From: Mucisphaera calidilacus
GTDB lineage: Bacteria > Planctomycetota > Phycisphaerae > Phycisphaerales > Phycisphaeraceae
Length of the DNA: 32,000 bases
Assembly (NCBI RefSeq): GCF_007748075.1
Contig: NZ_CP036280.1
Coordinates: 2,430,001 to 2,462,000 of the forward strand
Reading direction: 5' to 3'
The translations under genes and the position numbers were made by a program. Within the stretch, counting starts at the first letter, position 1. Every line of letters begins with the position of its first letter. The notes under the pieces were generated by a model. It saw only the letters and a program-made list of their open reading frames with translations. It did not search any database and had not been told where the DNA came from. Below are positions 14,941 through 23,686 of the stretch, in pieces.

Positions 14941-16377
14941 GTGCCCCGACGTCGCGCCCAGGCTTTCTTGTGTTCTCCGCTGCAGGACCTTCTGGCCCAG
15001 TTGCTGCGTGCCCCTGCCGAGCGGCGGATCGGGCACATCGAGCGGGTGGAACGGCTCCACGACACATTGGAGCCGGGGCGAACGTATCCGCTGGACTTCA
15101 TCGCCTACCAGATCACCCAGTACCGCCAGACCTCGGACGAGCCGACGCTGCTGGTCGGGGATGCGGTGCTGCCGGACCTGCGCCTGATGATCGATGCGCT
15201 CTCCCGGGTGACGCCGGTGGAGGATGACGCGGGCGAGGCCGTGCTCAGACCGAAGGAATTGGCGGCGCGGTGGTCGGTCAGTCTGAAAACCCTCGACCGT
15301 TACCGGGGGCTGGGGCTGCGGTGGCGCTGGCGACCGGCGGAGCGGCCGACGGCACGGCATCCGATCGAGCTGGTCTACACGATGTCGGCGGTGCGCTATT
15401 TCGAGGGGCGACACGCCAAGCGTCTGGGACGGGCTGCGTCCAGCGGCGGCTGGTCGGGCGATGAAATCGAAGGGGCGCTGGTGCGGGCCAGGCGGCTGAT
15501 GCAGCGCAGCGACGCGACGGCGAACCGGGTGGCGCGGTTTGTCGCGGGCAAGCACCACCGCCCTGCCGAGACGCTGCGTCGGCGATTGCTGGCGGAGGCC
15601 TCGGGGACCGGCAGGCTCAGCGAGCGGGACGCGGCGGTGATCGAGCGTGCGCACCGGATGGGCGTGCCGATGGCCAAGATCACCGAGCGCTTCGGGCGGA
15701 GTCGTGCTTCGGTCTACCGGATCCTGCAGGGCCGTCGTGCGCGGGCGCTCAAGAGCGTGGCGATCACCTTCGCAAGTGGCGCTACCCCCCTGCCGGAGCA
15801 GGATGTCTCGTTCAAGGACGTTGCGTCGCAAGCGGCATCGCCGGCGGTGACGACAGCGGTCCGACAACTGCCCGAGTCGCTGCGCGGCGTATTCGGGCAT
15901 GCGTCACTCACGCATGCGGCGGAAACCTCGCTGCTTTCGCGGATGCACCGGCTGCGTGCGACGGCGGGTGAGCTGCGCGACCGGCTCGACCCCTCAAAAC
16001 CCAGGGCGGGCGACATGGACCGGATGGAGCGTTGTCTGGCAGAAGCGGACGAGCTTCGGCGGCGCGTCGCTCGGCATCAGGGCGGGCTGCTCGCCGTGGT
16101 CGTGCGCCAGCACCTGATCGATCGCGACGAGTTGAACGAGCGCACACTGCTCGAGCGGCTGTCGGTCGCGCTCGACGAACTGGGCGCGGCTCTGACCGAG
16201 TACGACCCGTGGCAGGCGACGTCGTTCGAGCGCACGCTCCGGCTGAGGCTCCAGCGACGGCTCTCGGCGATCGCGCCCCCCGCGGCGGGCAGCAGGGCGC
16301 GGAAGCGCAGCGACACCCGGGTGTTGACCGAATCCCTGATCCAGCGGTGCGAAGCGCTCGGCCTGAAAGCGGATTAA
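14941..16377 (+). CDS. multi-HTH putative transcription factor with a C-terminal sigma-70 region-2-like segment
   Basis: The ORF is long with good codon bias. It has an excisionase/MerR-like HTH (LRPKELAARWSVSLKTLDRYRGLGL) and a region-4/LuxR-like HTH (LSERDAAVIERAHRMGVPMAKITERFGRSRASVYRILQGRR). The C-terminal LLAVVVRQHL...LTEYDPWQATSFERTLRLRLQRRL resembles sigma region 2. Only GTG/TTG starts are available, so the start is uncertain. Confidence 0.7.
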   Translation: MPRRRAQAFLCSPLQDLLAQLLRAPAERRIGHIERVERLHDTLEPGRTYPLDFIAYQITQYRQTSDEPTLLVGDAVLPDLRLMIDALSRVTPVEDDAGEAVLRPKELAARWSVSLKTLDRYRGLGLRWRWRPAERPTARHPIELVYTMSAVRYFEGRHAKRLGRAASSGGWSGDEIEGALVRARRLMQRSDATANRVARFVAGKHHRPAETLRRRLLAEASGTGRLSERDAAVIERAHRMGVPMAKITERFGRSRASVYRILQGRRARALKSVAITFASGATPLPEQDVSFKDVASQAASPAVTTAVRQLPESLRGVFGHASLTHAAETSLLSRMHRLRATAGELRDRLDPSKPRAGDMDRMERCLAEADELRRRVARHQGGLLAVVVRQHLIDRDELNERTLLERLSVALDELGAALTEYDPWQATSFERTLRLRLQRRLSAIAPPAAGSRARKRSDTRVLTESLIQRCEALGLKAD

Positions 16378-16736
16378 AGCCCGCGGTACTCCGCCTCGGA
16401 GGTGCACGTCTCGCGGACGCGGACGACCGAAAGCTCGGGCAGGTCGTCGGCGAGCCGGTCCCAGACCCATTTGGCGAGCATCTCGGCGGTCGGGTTCTCA
16501 AGGCCGTCGATGTCGTTGAGCACGCGGTGATCGAGCTCGTGCTTGATGGGGTCGAGCAGGGCCTTGATCTCGCCGAAGTCGCGGAGATAACCCAGAGCGG
16601 GGTCGACCTCGCCCTCGATGACGACGTCGACCTTGAAAGAGTGGCCGTGCATGCGGCGGCACTTGTGCCCCTCGGGGAAGCTGGGGAGCCAGTGTGCCGA
16701 CTCGAAGTCGATGGTTTTGCTGAGGCTGACGCGCAT
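16374..16736 (-). CDS. queD: 6-carboxy-5,6,7,8-tetrahydropterin synthase
   Basis: FESAHWLP...HKCRRMHGHSF are PTPS/QueD motifs. ATG 16736 (MRVSLSK) fits family N-termini better than GTG 16763. Confidence 0.92.
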   Translation of the reverse strand: MRVSLSKTIDFESAHWLPSFPEGHKCRRMHGHSFKVDVVIEGEVDPALGYLRDFGEIKALLDPIKHELDHRVLNDIDGLENPTAEMLAKWVWDRLADDLPELSVVRVRETCTSEAEYRGL

Positions 16737-16752
16737 CGCGGCAGTGTAGCCT

Positions 16753-17451
16753 TCAGACGCCACGCGCGTTGGGGTCCCAGATGAGCTTGTGGAGCTGGGA
16801 CTGGAGGCGGACGGGCAGGTGGTCTTCGAGGATCCACGCGGCGAGGTCGGCGATCGCGAGCCCGGGCGTGCCGGCGATCTCCAGACCGGGTTTCATCGCG
16901 GCGACGGGGCTCATCAGGATGGCGTGGACGCGCTCGACCAGGCGGTGGTCGCGGATCATGGTGCGTGCCCATTCGTAGTCGGCGCGGCTGGTAAGGACGA
17001 ACTTGATCTCGTCGCGTTCGTTGAGGTGGTCGAGGTTGGCGAGAAGATTGCGGTCGCACTCGCCCGAGCCGGGCGTCTTGAGGTCCATGATGCGGATGAT
17101 GCGCGGGTCGAGCTTGTCGATGGGCGAAGCGCCGGAGGTCTCGACGAGGACGGTCTTGCCGAGGTCGGCGAGCATCGTCATCAGCGTGTTGGCGTGAGGC
17201 TGGAGCAGCGGTTCTCCGCCGGTCAACTCGACGAGGTCCCAGGGGCCCCCGGCGACCGCGTTGGCGCGTTCGATGATGGCGTCGAGACTCATGCGGCCGC
17301 CCTCGTGGAAGGCGTATTCGGTATCGCAGTAGCTGCAGCGGAGGTGGCAGCCGGTGAGCCGGATGAACAGGCAGGGCAGGCCGGCGCGGGTCGACTCGCC
17401 CTGGATCGACCAGAAGACCTCGTTGACCCTCAGCGTCGGAGGCTTGCTCAT
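16753..17451 (-). CDS. queE: 7-carboxy-7-deazaguanine synthase (radical SAM)
   Basis: FWSIQGES.RAG.PCLFIRLTGCHLRCSYCDTEYAF carries the CX3CX2C cluster motif and the QueE N-terminus. Confidence 0.95.
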   Translation of the reverse strand: MSKPPTLRVNEVFWSIQGESTRAGLPCLFIRLTGCHLRCSYCDTEYAFHEGGRMSLDAIIERANAVAGGPWDLVELTGGEPLLQPHANTLMTMLADLGKTVLVETSGASPIDKLDPRIIRIMDLKTPGSGECDRNLLANLDHLNERDEIKFVLTSRADYEWARTMIRDHRLVERVHAILMSPVAAMKPGLEIAGTPGLAIADLAAWILEDHLPVRLQSQLHKLIWDPNARGV

Positions 17452-17981
17452 CGCGTGCCCCCTGCGTCCGATGAAGCCCGCGATCGGCAGCCGTCGAGGA
17501 TCGTCAGGATGCCCTCGTGGCCGACGGCTTCGAGCAACTGAGCGACCGTCCGGTGCAGGACGGGGTGGACCCGATCGGGGGCGAGCTCGGCGAGGGGCGC
17601 GAGCACGAAGGGCCGCTCGTGCAGACGCGGGTGGGGAAGGGTCAGGTCGTCGTCATCGACGATGAGGTCGTCATGGATCAGCAGGTCGACGTCGAGGGTG
17701 CGTGCTTCCCAGGTGCCCGGCGGCGTGGGGGTACGGTGGGCAGCGGCTTCGAGCCGTTTGGCCTCGGAGAGGGCGTCGCGGGGCGTGAGGTCGGTCGTGA
17801 GTTCGAGCACCTGATTGAGATAGGGGCCCTGACCGGGCGGGCCGACGGGCGCGGTCTCGTAGACGCGGCTGGCTCGGCGGAGTGTGGTGACGGGCCAGCG
17901 CGCGACGGTGTCGCGGGCGAGGTTCAGGTAGGCGATGCGGTCGCCAAGGTTGGACCCGAGGGCGAGGTAGAGCGTGGACAT
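17448..17981 (-). CDS. folK: 2-amino-4-hydroxy-6-hydroxymethyldihydropteridine pyrophosphokinase
   Basis: YLALGSNLGDR...SRVYETAPVG...RTLDVDLL...LTLPHPRLHERPFVLAPL are HPPK signatures. An ATGA overlap couples it to queE. Confidence 0.92.
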   Translation of the reverse strand: MSTLYLALGSNLGDRIAYLNLARDTVARWPVTTLRRASRVYETAPVGPPGQGPYLNQVLELTTDLTPRDALSEAKRLEAAAHRTPTPPGTWEARTLDVDLLIHDDLIVDDDDLTLPHPRLHERPFVLAPLAELAPDRVHPVLHRTVAQLLEAVGHEGILTILDGCRSRASSDAGGTR

Positions 17982-18028
17982 GCACGGAGTTTAGGGGAGT
18001 GGCAGGCTGAGGCGTAGTGCGCACGAGA

Positions 18029-18055
18029 AAGGGCTGAGGTTGGCCCTCAGCCCTT
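18029..18055 (-). terminator. intrinsic terminator after the dockerin-repeat gene
   Basis: An 11-bp perfect stem, AAGGGCTGAGG / CCTCAGCCCTT, with a 5-nt loop. It lies 31 nt beyond the minus-strand stop at 18086. On the minus strand it is followed by a short T-rich run. Confidence 0.6.
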
Positions 18056-18085
18056 GGCGTGGGTGTCGTGGTGGTGCGAGTTGGG

Positions 18086-19756
18086 TCAGACGCGTCGTCT
18101 GCGTGTGAGCAGAGGCAGCGTCAGGGCGACGAGGCCCAGAGGTGTTGGGGCGGGTACAGGCCGTGTCGACACGTAGCCGAAGTTGGATGCGAGGATCGAG
18201 AGGTCGAGCAGGTCGACGTTGTCGTCGAGGTTGAAGTTCCCGTGACTCCATCCGTTGCGCAGCAGCGGGTACTCGGCAAGGATGATCTCGACGTCAAGAT
18301 CGTCGTAGACGCCGTCGCTGTTGAGGTCCTGCCCGATGAGATCCGTCGGCAGCGTTCCGAAATACCGCGCGAGCATCGACAGGTCCGCGACGTCGACGCG
18401 GCCGTCGAGGTTCATATCCCCCGGTCGGGTGTCGTAGTAGATATCGAGAATGGCGAGCACGTCATCAAGGTCGACAGCTCCGTCTGTATCAAACTCGTCG
18501 AGCTGGTGTCTCTCCGTCCACTGATCGTGGGTCGCCACCTTCAGGATGACGTCGATATCGAGCTGATCAACAACGCCGTCGCCGTTGAAATCAGCGCTGT
18601 TGAAATCGCCCTCGCGGCTCAGATTGAACAGATAGTGGCCGATCTCATCGTGATCGCCCGCGAGCGTGTTGTCACCCCGGCCGGTCACCACCAGCGTGAC
18701 GACGCCATCGTCGGGGACCGTGATCACCATATCGGCGAGGTTGCGTTCGGAGTGAGGCGTGTCCCATTCGATGAGGTTCTGAGACGAGTCGAAGAGCGAT
18801 ACGAACACATCCAGGGGATCAGGGGTGTCTCGATCTGTGGTGTGCAGCCCGAGAGGCCGGACGCTGACGCGGATCTCCTCGCCCGGAGTGAGGTCGTCCC
18901 ACGTGTAGACATCGACGTCGCCTGAGACGGTCTGGGTCACCATGCTCGCGGCGGCGTTGACGTCGGACTCGTCCATAAAGAGATTCAGAAAGGCGGGATA
19001 GTCGTTGTCCGGCAGAGAAACAGGCTGACCGTTGGGATCGAAACCGATGACACCATCGAACGCCGGCGAGGGGTCATTGTCCGTTCCATCCGGAGCTACG
19101 CTCAGCGTAAAGCGCATGCGTCCATCGGCATCGACCTGACCGTGCATCCCGGACGCGATGAGCGACCCGAGGCTGAGATACTCGGTGGCGGGCACGAAAC
19201 TGTTCTGCCCGGTCAGCGGGTCGTGGTCGGACCGCCCGAGGGTAAAGAGATTGCTCTGCGGCGAGGGCCGGTGATCGGGGCCGGGCAGTGGCTCTGTGAG
19301 TTGCGGCGGCATCGGATCGGCGACCGTGTCGCGAATGTCCTGCAGGATGGCAACAAAGTCACGACCGGGTCGCAGGGCTGTTCCGAGGTCGTTGGGGTGC
19401 GATTCGACCGTCCAGACTTCGCCGAACTGCGCGAGGAGACGGTTCTCCGGAATCTCGGAATCGAAGATGTTGGTCAGGAGCTGTGTCGCGCTGGTGGTGT
19501 TGAAGGTGTGAAACAGGCGGTAGGCCTGAAGGTTGTCGCGCTGCTGATCGACCTCCAGAACATCGAGCGAAGCGAATCCGGCATCGCTCGTCATCCGCGT
19601 CGAGGTCTCGAACGTGTCGTTGAGACGAAAATCATCCACGGGCAGCCGTTCGGCCTGCAGGCCAGACGCGGAACCGGTGGAGACCGCTAGGGCCGCGGCG
19701 ATGATCCGGCCGGCGGCGCAGGATCCCCGATCGTGTGTGTCGTTCGTCGATGTCAT
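18086..19756 (-). CDS. secreted protein with multiple dockerin-type (EF-hand-like) repeats and a PEP-CTERM-like C-terminal anchor
   Basis: Repeats are DFNGDGVVDQLDIDVIL, DTDGAVDLDDVLAIL, DMNLDGRVDVADLSMLARYFG, DLNSDGVYDDLDVEIIL and NFNLDDNVDLLDLSILASNFG. The C-terminus is PVPAP + hydrophobic + RRRRV. I prefer ATG 19756, which has a GGAG RBS and gives a signal-like AAGRIIAAALAVSTGSASG. Confidence 0.85.
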   Translation of the reverse strand: MTSTNDTHDRGSCAAGRIIAAALAVSTGSASGLQAERLPVDDFRLNDTFETSTRMTSDAGFASLDVLEVDQQRDNLQAYRLFHTFNTTSATQLLTNIFDSEIPENRLLAQFGEVWTVESHPNDLGTALRPGRDFVAILQDIRDTVADPMPPQLTEPLPGPDHRPSPQSNLFTLGRSDHDPLTGQNSFVPATEYLSLGSLIASGMHGQVDADGRMRFTLSVAPDGTDNDPSPAFDGVIGFDPNGQPVSLPDNDYPAFLNLFMDESDVNAAASMVTQTVSGDVDVYTWDDLTPGEEIRVSVRPLGLHTTDRDTPDPLDVFVSLFDSSQNLIEWDTPHSERNLADMVITVPDDGVVTLVVTGRGDNTLAGDHDEIGHYLFNLSREGDFNSADFNGDGVVDQLDIDVILKVATHDQWTERHQLDEFDTDGAVDLDDVLAILDIYYDTRPGDMNLDGRVDVADLSMLARYFGTLPTDLIGQDLNSDGVYDDLDVEIILAEYPLLRNGWSHGNFNLDDNVDLLDLSILASNFGYVSTRPVPAPTPLGLVALTLPLLTRRRRV

Positions 19757-19944
19757 GGAAACGCTCCAGAAAGGTTGTCGGTTACCGTAAATCCATCGGA
19801 CCGACAGCAATCGTTTCGGCATATATTCCACTTGATTGATGAACGATCGGGCCGTTCGCTCACCCGCCTCACTGGTTATCCGCTTTCCGCTAGGTTATAC
19901 GTGTCCGGGATGGTTCTTTCACGACACGAGGCACAACGAGCAGT

Positions 19945-20844
19945 ATGGACGCGGAACGCCTGATTCCCGAGTTGCCGGCGGAGGGGCATCGCCTGCGGGT
20001 CGTGATCGACAGCGACGTGGCAAATGAGATCGACGACCTCTACGCGATCGCGCTGGCACTGCGATCGCCCGAGCGGTTCCGCATCGAGGGCCTGATCGCG
20101 ACGCATTTTGCGGCGGCGGAGCACGCGGGTTCGGACAGCACCGAACGCTCGTACGCGTTAATGATGGACCTGCTCGCGGCGGCGGGGGAATCCGAGCGTT
20201 ACGCCTGCGCGAGGGGCGGACACCCCTTCTCCTATCCGCAGGAGCCGCCGGCCAGTGAGGGCGCTGACCTGATCATCGACCGTGCCCGGCGTGCCAGCCC
20301 CTCGGACCCGCTATGGGTGGTGGTGCTCGGTGCCGCGACCAATGTGGCGGGCGCGATCCTCCGTGACCCCACCATCTGCCCGAGCTTGCGCGTGGTCTTC
20401 CACGCCCGCTGCCCCGAGTTGTGGCCGGAGCGAACCCGGCAGTTCAATGTCTGTGGCGACGTGATCGCGGCCCGTCACCTGCTGGCCTCGGAGGTTCCGC
20501 TGGTCTGGTTCGACACCGGCACCGAACTCACCCAGTCGCTCGCGGAGAGCGCATCGCGGCTTCGTCCGATCGACAGCATGGGCGCCTTCATCCACGACTA
20601 CCGGTGCGGGCTGGGGGCCTGGGCTCGCAGGGATGACAAGGGCATTTTCGATCTCGCCGACGTGGCGTGGATGATCGACCCTTCGCTCTGCCGCGGCGAG
20701 GTGGTCCCCGCGCCCAAGCTGCTGCGCGGCCTGGAGTTCGACTGGGGTCAGACGCACGGCTCGATGCTCCGGGTGACGCAGATCGACACCGGCCCGACGT
20801 GGGATCTGTTCTATCGTCAGCTCTGCCGGGATCGGGTGTCGTGA
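19945..20844 (+). CDS. nucleoside hydrolase (inosine-uridine preferring family)
   Basis: The N-terminal metal/ribose-binding motif VVIDSDVANEIDDLYAIALAL is of the DxDxxxDD type. Length is about 300 aa. Confidence 0.8.
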   Translation: MDAERLIPELPAEGHRLRVVIDSDVANEIDDLYAIALALRSPERFRIEGLIATHFAAAEHAGSDSTERSYALMMDLLAAAGESERYACARGGHPFSYPQEPPASEGADLIIDRARRASPSDPLWVVVLGAATNVAGAILRDPTICPSLRVVFHARCPELWPERTRQFNVCGDVIAARHLLASEVPLVWFDTGTELTQSLAESASRLRPIDSMGAFIHDYRCGLGAWARRDDKGIFDLADVAWMIDPSLCRGEVVPAPKLLRGLEFDWGQTHGSMLRVTQIDTGPTWDLFYRQLCRDRVS

Positions 20845-21722
20845 TGTGGTGGAACGGCTTGCTGCTGGGGCTGGGGGTCTACGCCTGCTCCACCGCCGTC
20901 ATCCTGATCAAGGCGAGCGAGATGCACGCGCTGTGGCTGTCGGCCGGACGCTTGTTGCTCGCGGCGCTGTTCCTGCTTCCGCTCTGGTGGTCCGAGCGGG
21001 CGGCGCGGGCGGAACCGGGGCGCTCGCCGGCCTTCTGGCGAACGTCGATGCTGCCCGGGCTTTTTCTGGCGATTCACTTCATCACGTGGATCATCGGTGC
21101 CCGACTCACCCCCGCGGCGAACTCGACACTCATCGTGAATCTCGTCCCGCTGGTCAGCCCGTTGCTTCTGCTCGCGCTGGTCGGCGAGCGTGTTACCTGG
21201 CGCGAGACCCTGGGCACGGTGCTGGCGCTCGGCGGCGTCGTCTTCATGGTCTGGGACGACTTCGGGGTGAGCGGGGACCACTTCCTCGGCGACCTGAGCT
21301 GTTTCTTCTCGATGATCATGCTCGCCGCCTACCTGGTGCTTGGCCGCAAGTATCGTGAGGCCATCGGCCTCTGGTCGTACGTCGTGCCGCTGTATGGTTT
21401 TGCCGGCCTGATCTGCCTGGGGGTGGCCGTGGTCGCGCGTGCGGAGTTGCCCGTGCTGACGCTCCGTGAGGCGGCCCTGCTGCTGGGGCTGGCGGTGGTG
21501 CCAACGATCGTGGGGCATTCACTGCTGAATGTTGCCATGCGTCGGATGCGCGGGCAGATCGTCTCGATCGCCAACACAGGCCAGTGCTTCTTCGCGGGCG
21601 TGATGGCGTGGGTGCTCTTTGGCGAGGTGCCCACCGTCGCGCTCTACGTGGCCGCCGGCTGCGTCCTGACGGGCATCCTGATCTCGATCGCGTGGAGCGG
21701 GTCCAGGAACGCCCGGGCGTGA
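20844..21722 (+). CDS. EamA/DMT-family transporter
   Basis: About 10 predicted TM helices in two EamA-like halves. Start ATG 20844 overlaps the upstream TGA (TGATG). The ORF-track extension to 20667 lies inside the upstream gene. Confidence 0.87.
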   Translation: MWWNGLLLGLGVYACSTAVILIKASEMHALWLSAGRLLLAALFLLPLWWSERAARAEPGRSPAFWRTSMLPGLFLAIHFITWIIGARLTPAANSTLIVNLVPLVSPLLLLALVGERVTWRETLGTVLALGGVVFMVWDDFGVSGDHFLGDLSCFFSMIMLAAYLVLGRKYREAIGLWSYVVPLYGFAGLICLGVAVVARAELPVLTLREAALLLGLAVVPTIVGHSLLNVAMRRMRGQIVSIANTGQCFFAGVMAWVLFGEVPTVALYVAAGCVLTGILISIAWSGSRNARA

Positions 21723-21815
21723 TCGCTCGGCGCAACGCACGACGGGGTCACGAGATCCTCGCTGATTGCTGATTCCGCGGGCCTTGGCCTACGATGGGAC
21801 TTAGGAAGACGTTGT

Positions 21816-22571
21816 ATGAGCATGACCAAGACCCAAGGCGAGGCGTCGCTCGACGTGGCGGCGGCGAATGACCATCTGGAAGCCCTTGACGCACAAGAGG
21901 TTGTGCGCTGGGCGCACGAGACCTTCGGCGAAGGGCTGATCCTGAGCTCCAGTTTCGGGGCGCAGTCGGCGGTGATGCTGCACCTGGTGACGCGGGTGGT
22001 ACCCGGGATCCCGGTGGTCTGGATCGACACGGGGTACCTGTTTCCAGAGACCTACAAGTTTGCTGCGGCACTCGAGGAGCGGCTGGGGCTGAACCTGCGG
22101 GTCTATCAGCCCGAGGTGACCCCTGCGCGGTTCGAGGCGCTGCACGGCCGGGTGTGGGAGTCGGGTGGCGAGGGCCTCGACGCCTACCACCGGGTCTTCA
22201 AGGTGGAGCCGATGCAGCGGGCGCTGCGCGAACTGGGGGCGACGGCGTGGTTCGCCGGCCTGCGTGCCGAGCAGTCGGCGTCGCGGTCGTCGTTGGGGAC
22301 GCTTGGCGAACAGGACGGGGTCTACAAGGTGCACCCGATTCTCAAGTGGAGCACCCGGCAGGTGCACGCCTATCTCAAGGAGCACGATCTGCCCTACCAC
22401 CCGCTGGTGGACCAGGGGTACGCGTCGATCGGCGACGTTCACTCGACACGGCCGATCACGGCGGGCGAGGACGAGCGTGCCGGCCGGTTCGGCGGGCTCA
22501 AGCAGGAGTGCGGGATCCACCTGCCGAGCAGCGCAGAAGAATCGGCGTCGCGCGACGCATCGGGCCTGTAA
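21816..22571 (+). CDS. cysH: phosphoadenosine phosphosulfate (PAPS) reductase
   Basis: SSSFGAQSAVMLHL, WIDTGYLFPETY and the C-terminal redox motif ECGIH. No Fe-S CC..C..C motif is present, so it is the PAPS type rather than the APS type. Confidence 0.92.
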   Translation: MSMTKTQGEASLDVAAANDHLEALDAQEVVRWAHETFGEGLILSSSFGAQSAVMLHLVTRVVPGIPVVWIDTGYLFPETYKFAAALEERLGLNLRVYQPEVTPARFEALHGRVWESGGEGLDAYHRVFKVEPMQRALRELGATAWFAGLRAEQSASRSSLGTLGEQDGVYKVHPILKWSTRQVHAYLKEHDLPYHPLVDQGYASIGDVHSTRPITAGEDERAGRFGGLKQECGIHLPSSAEESASRDASGL

Positions 22572-22576
22572 GGGTT

Positions 22577-23686
22577 TCAGGCCGCTTTGCTGGCGGGCTT
22601 GTTGCTCGCGCCGGGGTGGGGGATCGGCGCGGGCGGCGGGCGCAGACGCTTATAGAGACTGCGGATCAGGCCAAGCGCGGGCTGCTCGACGAGATACGTG
22701 ACCGCTGTGGCCAGCACAAGGCAGGCGGCGATGGGCACGAGGTAGATCAGCGGTTCGGGGGCGCCGAGGGCGTGGAGTCGGATCAGGATCGCTTTGCCGA
22801 CGAAGTGGTGGGTGATGTAGAGGCTGTAGGAGACGGCGCCCAGCCAGAGCAGGACCGGGTTTGCGAGAAGGGTCAGGCGGCCCGAGACCATGAGCCCGAA
22901 GGCGGTGGCGATGGCCGTGTCGATGAGCAGCGCGTTGAGGTTCATGCCGCTGTAGGCGCTGAAGTAGCGTGCGAGAAGCGCCGCGGCGATCAGGGCGTAG
23001 AAGCGCGGGCCGGCGGCGATCTGGCCGGCGTAGAGCCGGAAGTAGAGGATGCCGATGTAGAACAGCGGCATGAAGTCGAGGATGAGCGAGCGCTGCCAGA
23101 AGCCGTCGAGGTGGGGCAGGCCGTTGCGGAGGGCGACGCCCTGGTAGACCCCGGCGAGCAGCCAGGGGATGGCGACGAGGTCGACGCGTGGGAAGAGGCC
23201 GAGGCGCCAGACGATGAGGGCCCAGAGGTAGAAGACGGACTCGATGGTCAGCGTCCAGTAGACGGGGTCGAGGTAGGGCTTGTGGACCCACCACTGGCAC
23301 ATGGTGAGGTTCCAGAAGACGTTGGTGAGGCCGCCTTCGATCGGGGTGTTGAGGGCGTAAGTCAGGGTGAGGGCGGAGATAACAACCGCGACCCAGTAGG
23401 CGGGGAAGAGGCGTGAAGCGCGGGAGACGATGAAGTCGACCGCGGTGTTGGAGCGGAGCAGGGAGTAGCTGATGACGAACCCGGAGATGACGAAGAAGAG
23501 TCGGACGCAGGTGTTGGCGAAGAGGACCGAGCCCTGCATGGCGTGGGCGATGGCGGAGGTCCAGGGGAGGTCGGGTCCGGCGGTGACGGCGTAGTAGGCG
23601 TTGAAGTGCGCGAGCATGACGCCCAGGGCGGCGAGTCCCCGGAAGGCGTCGAGTTCGGTGACACGCCGTTTTCTGGCCGATTCCAT
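22577..23686 (-). CDS. membrane acyltransferase family 3 (OafA-like)
   Basis: The N-terminus LDAFRGLAALGVMLAHF is followed by about 10 TM helices, which is characteristic of Acyl_transf_3. Confidence 0.9.
   Translation of the reverse strand: MESARKRRVTELDAFRGLAALGVMLAHFNAYYAVTAGPDLPWTSAIAHAMQGSVLFANTCVRLFFVISGFVISYSLLRSNTAVDFIVSRASRLFPAYWVAVVISALTLTYALNTPIEGGLTNVFWNLTMCQWWVHKPYLDPVYWTLTIESVFYLWALIVWRLGLFPRVDLVAIPWLLAGVYQGVALRNGLPHLDGFWQRSLILDFMPLFYIGILYFRLYAGQIAAGPRFYALIAAALLARYFSAYSGMNLNALLIDTAIATAFGLMVSGRLTLLANPVLLWLGAVSYSLYITHHFVGKAILIRLHALGAPEPLIYLVPIAACLVLATAVTYLVEQPALGLIRSLYKRLRPPPAPIPHPGASNKPASKAA

Noticed and set aside
14457-15227. 256-aa plus-strand ORF spanning the 14493-14879 gene and the start of the 14941 gene
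   Set aside because: It crosses the 61-bp intergenic region and overlaps the N-terminus of the well-supported 14941 ORF out of frame. Its composition is antisense-like.
17982-18085. Possible preQ1 riboswitch upstream of the folK-queE-queD operon
   Set aside because: No sequence resembles the preQ1 aptamer core. The only strong structure there is better explained as the terminator of the upstream dockerin-repeat gene.
19757-19944. 188-bp divergent intergenic region checked for a tRNA, small RNA or riboswitch. It contains small hairpins at 19776-19806 and 19842-19858 and GGTTAT direct repeats at about 19874 and 19892.
   Set aside because: There is no tRNA-like T-arm (GGTTCGA.TCC) or cloverleaf. 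The stems are only 5-6 bp and I recognise no conserved riboswitch core.
20054-20068. Sigma-54-like -24/-12 match TGGCAC-N5-TCGC. Other TGGCAC occurrences at about 3362 and 4431, and a near-match CGGCAC...ATGC at about 5857-5872, fall in the same category.
   Set aside because: The matches lie inside coding sequence or in the wrong orientation. The -12 element is imperfect or mis-spaced, and no gene start lies downstream.
21762-21775. Tandem duplication GCTGATT GCTGATT upstream of cysH
   Set aside because: There are only two copies of a 7-mer, with no associated structure or known motif. I found no riboswitch-like conserved elements in 21723-21815.
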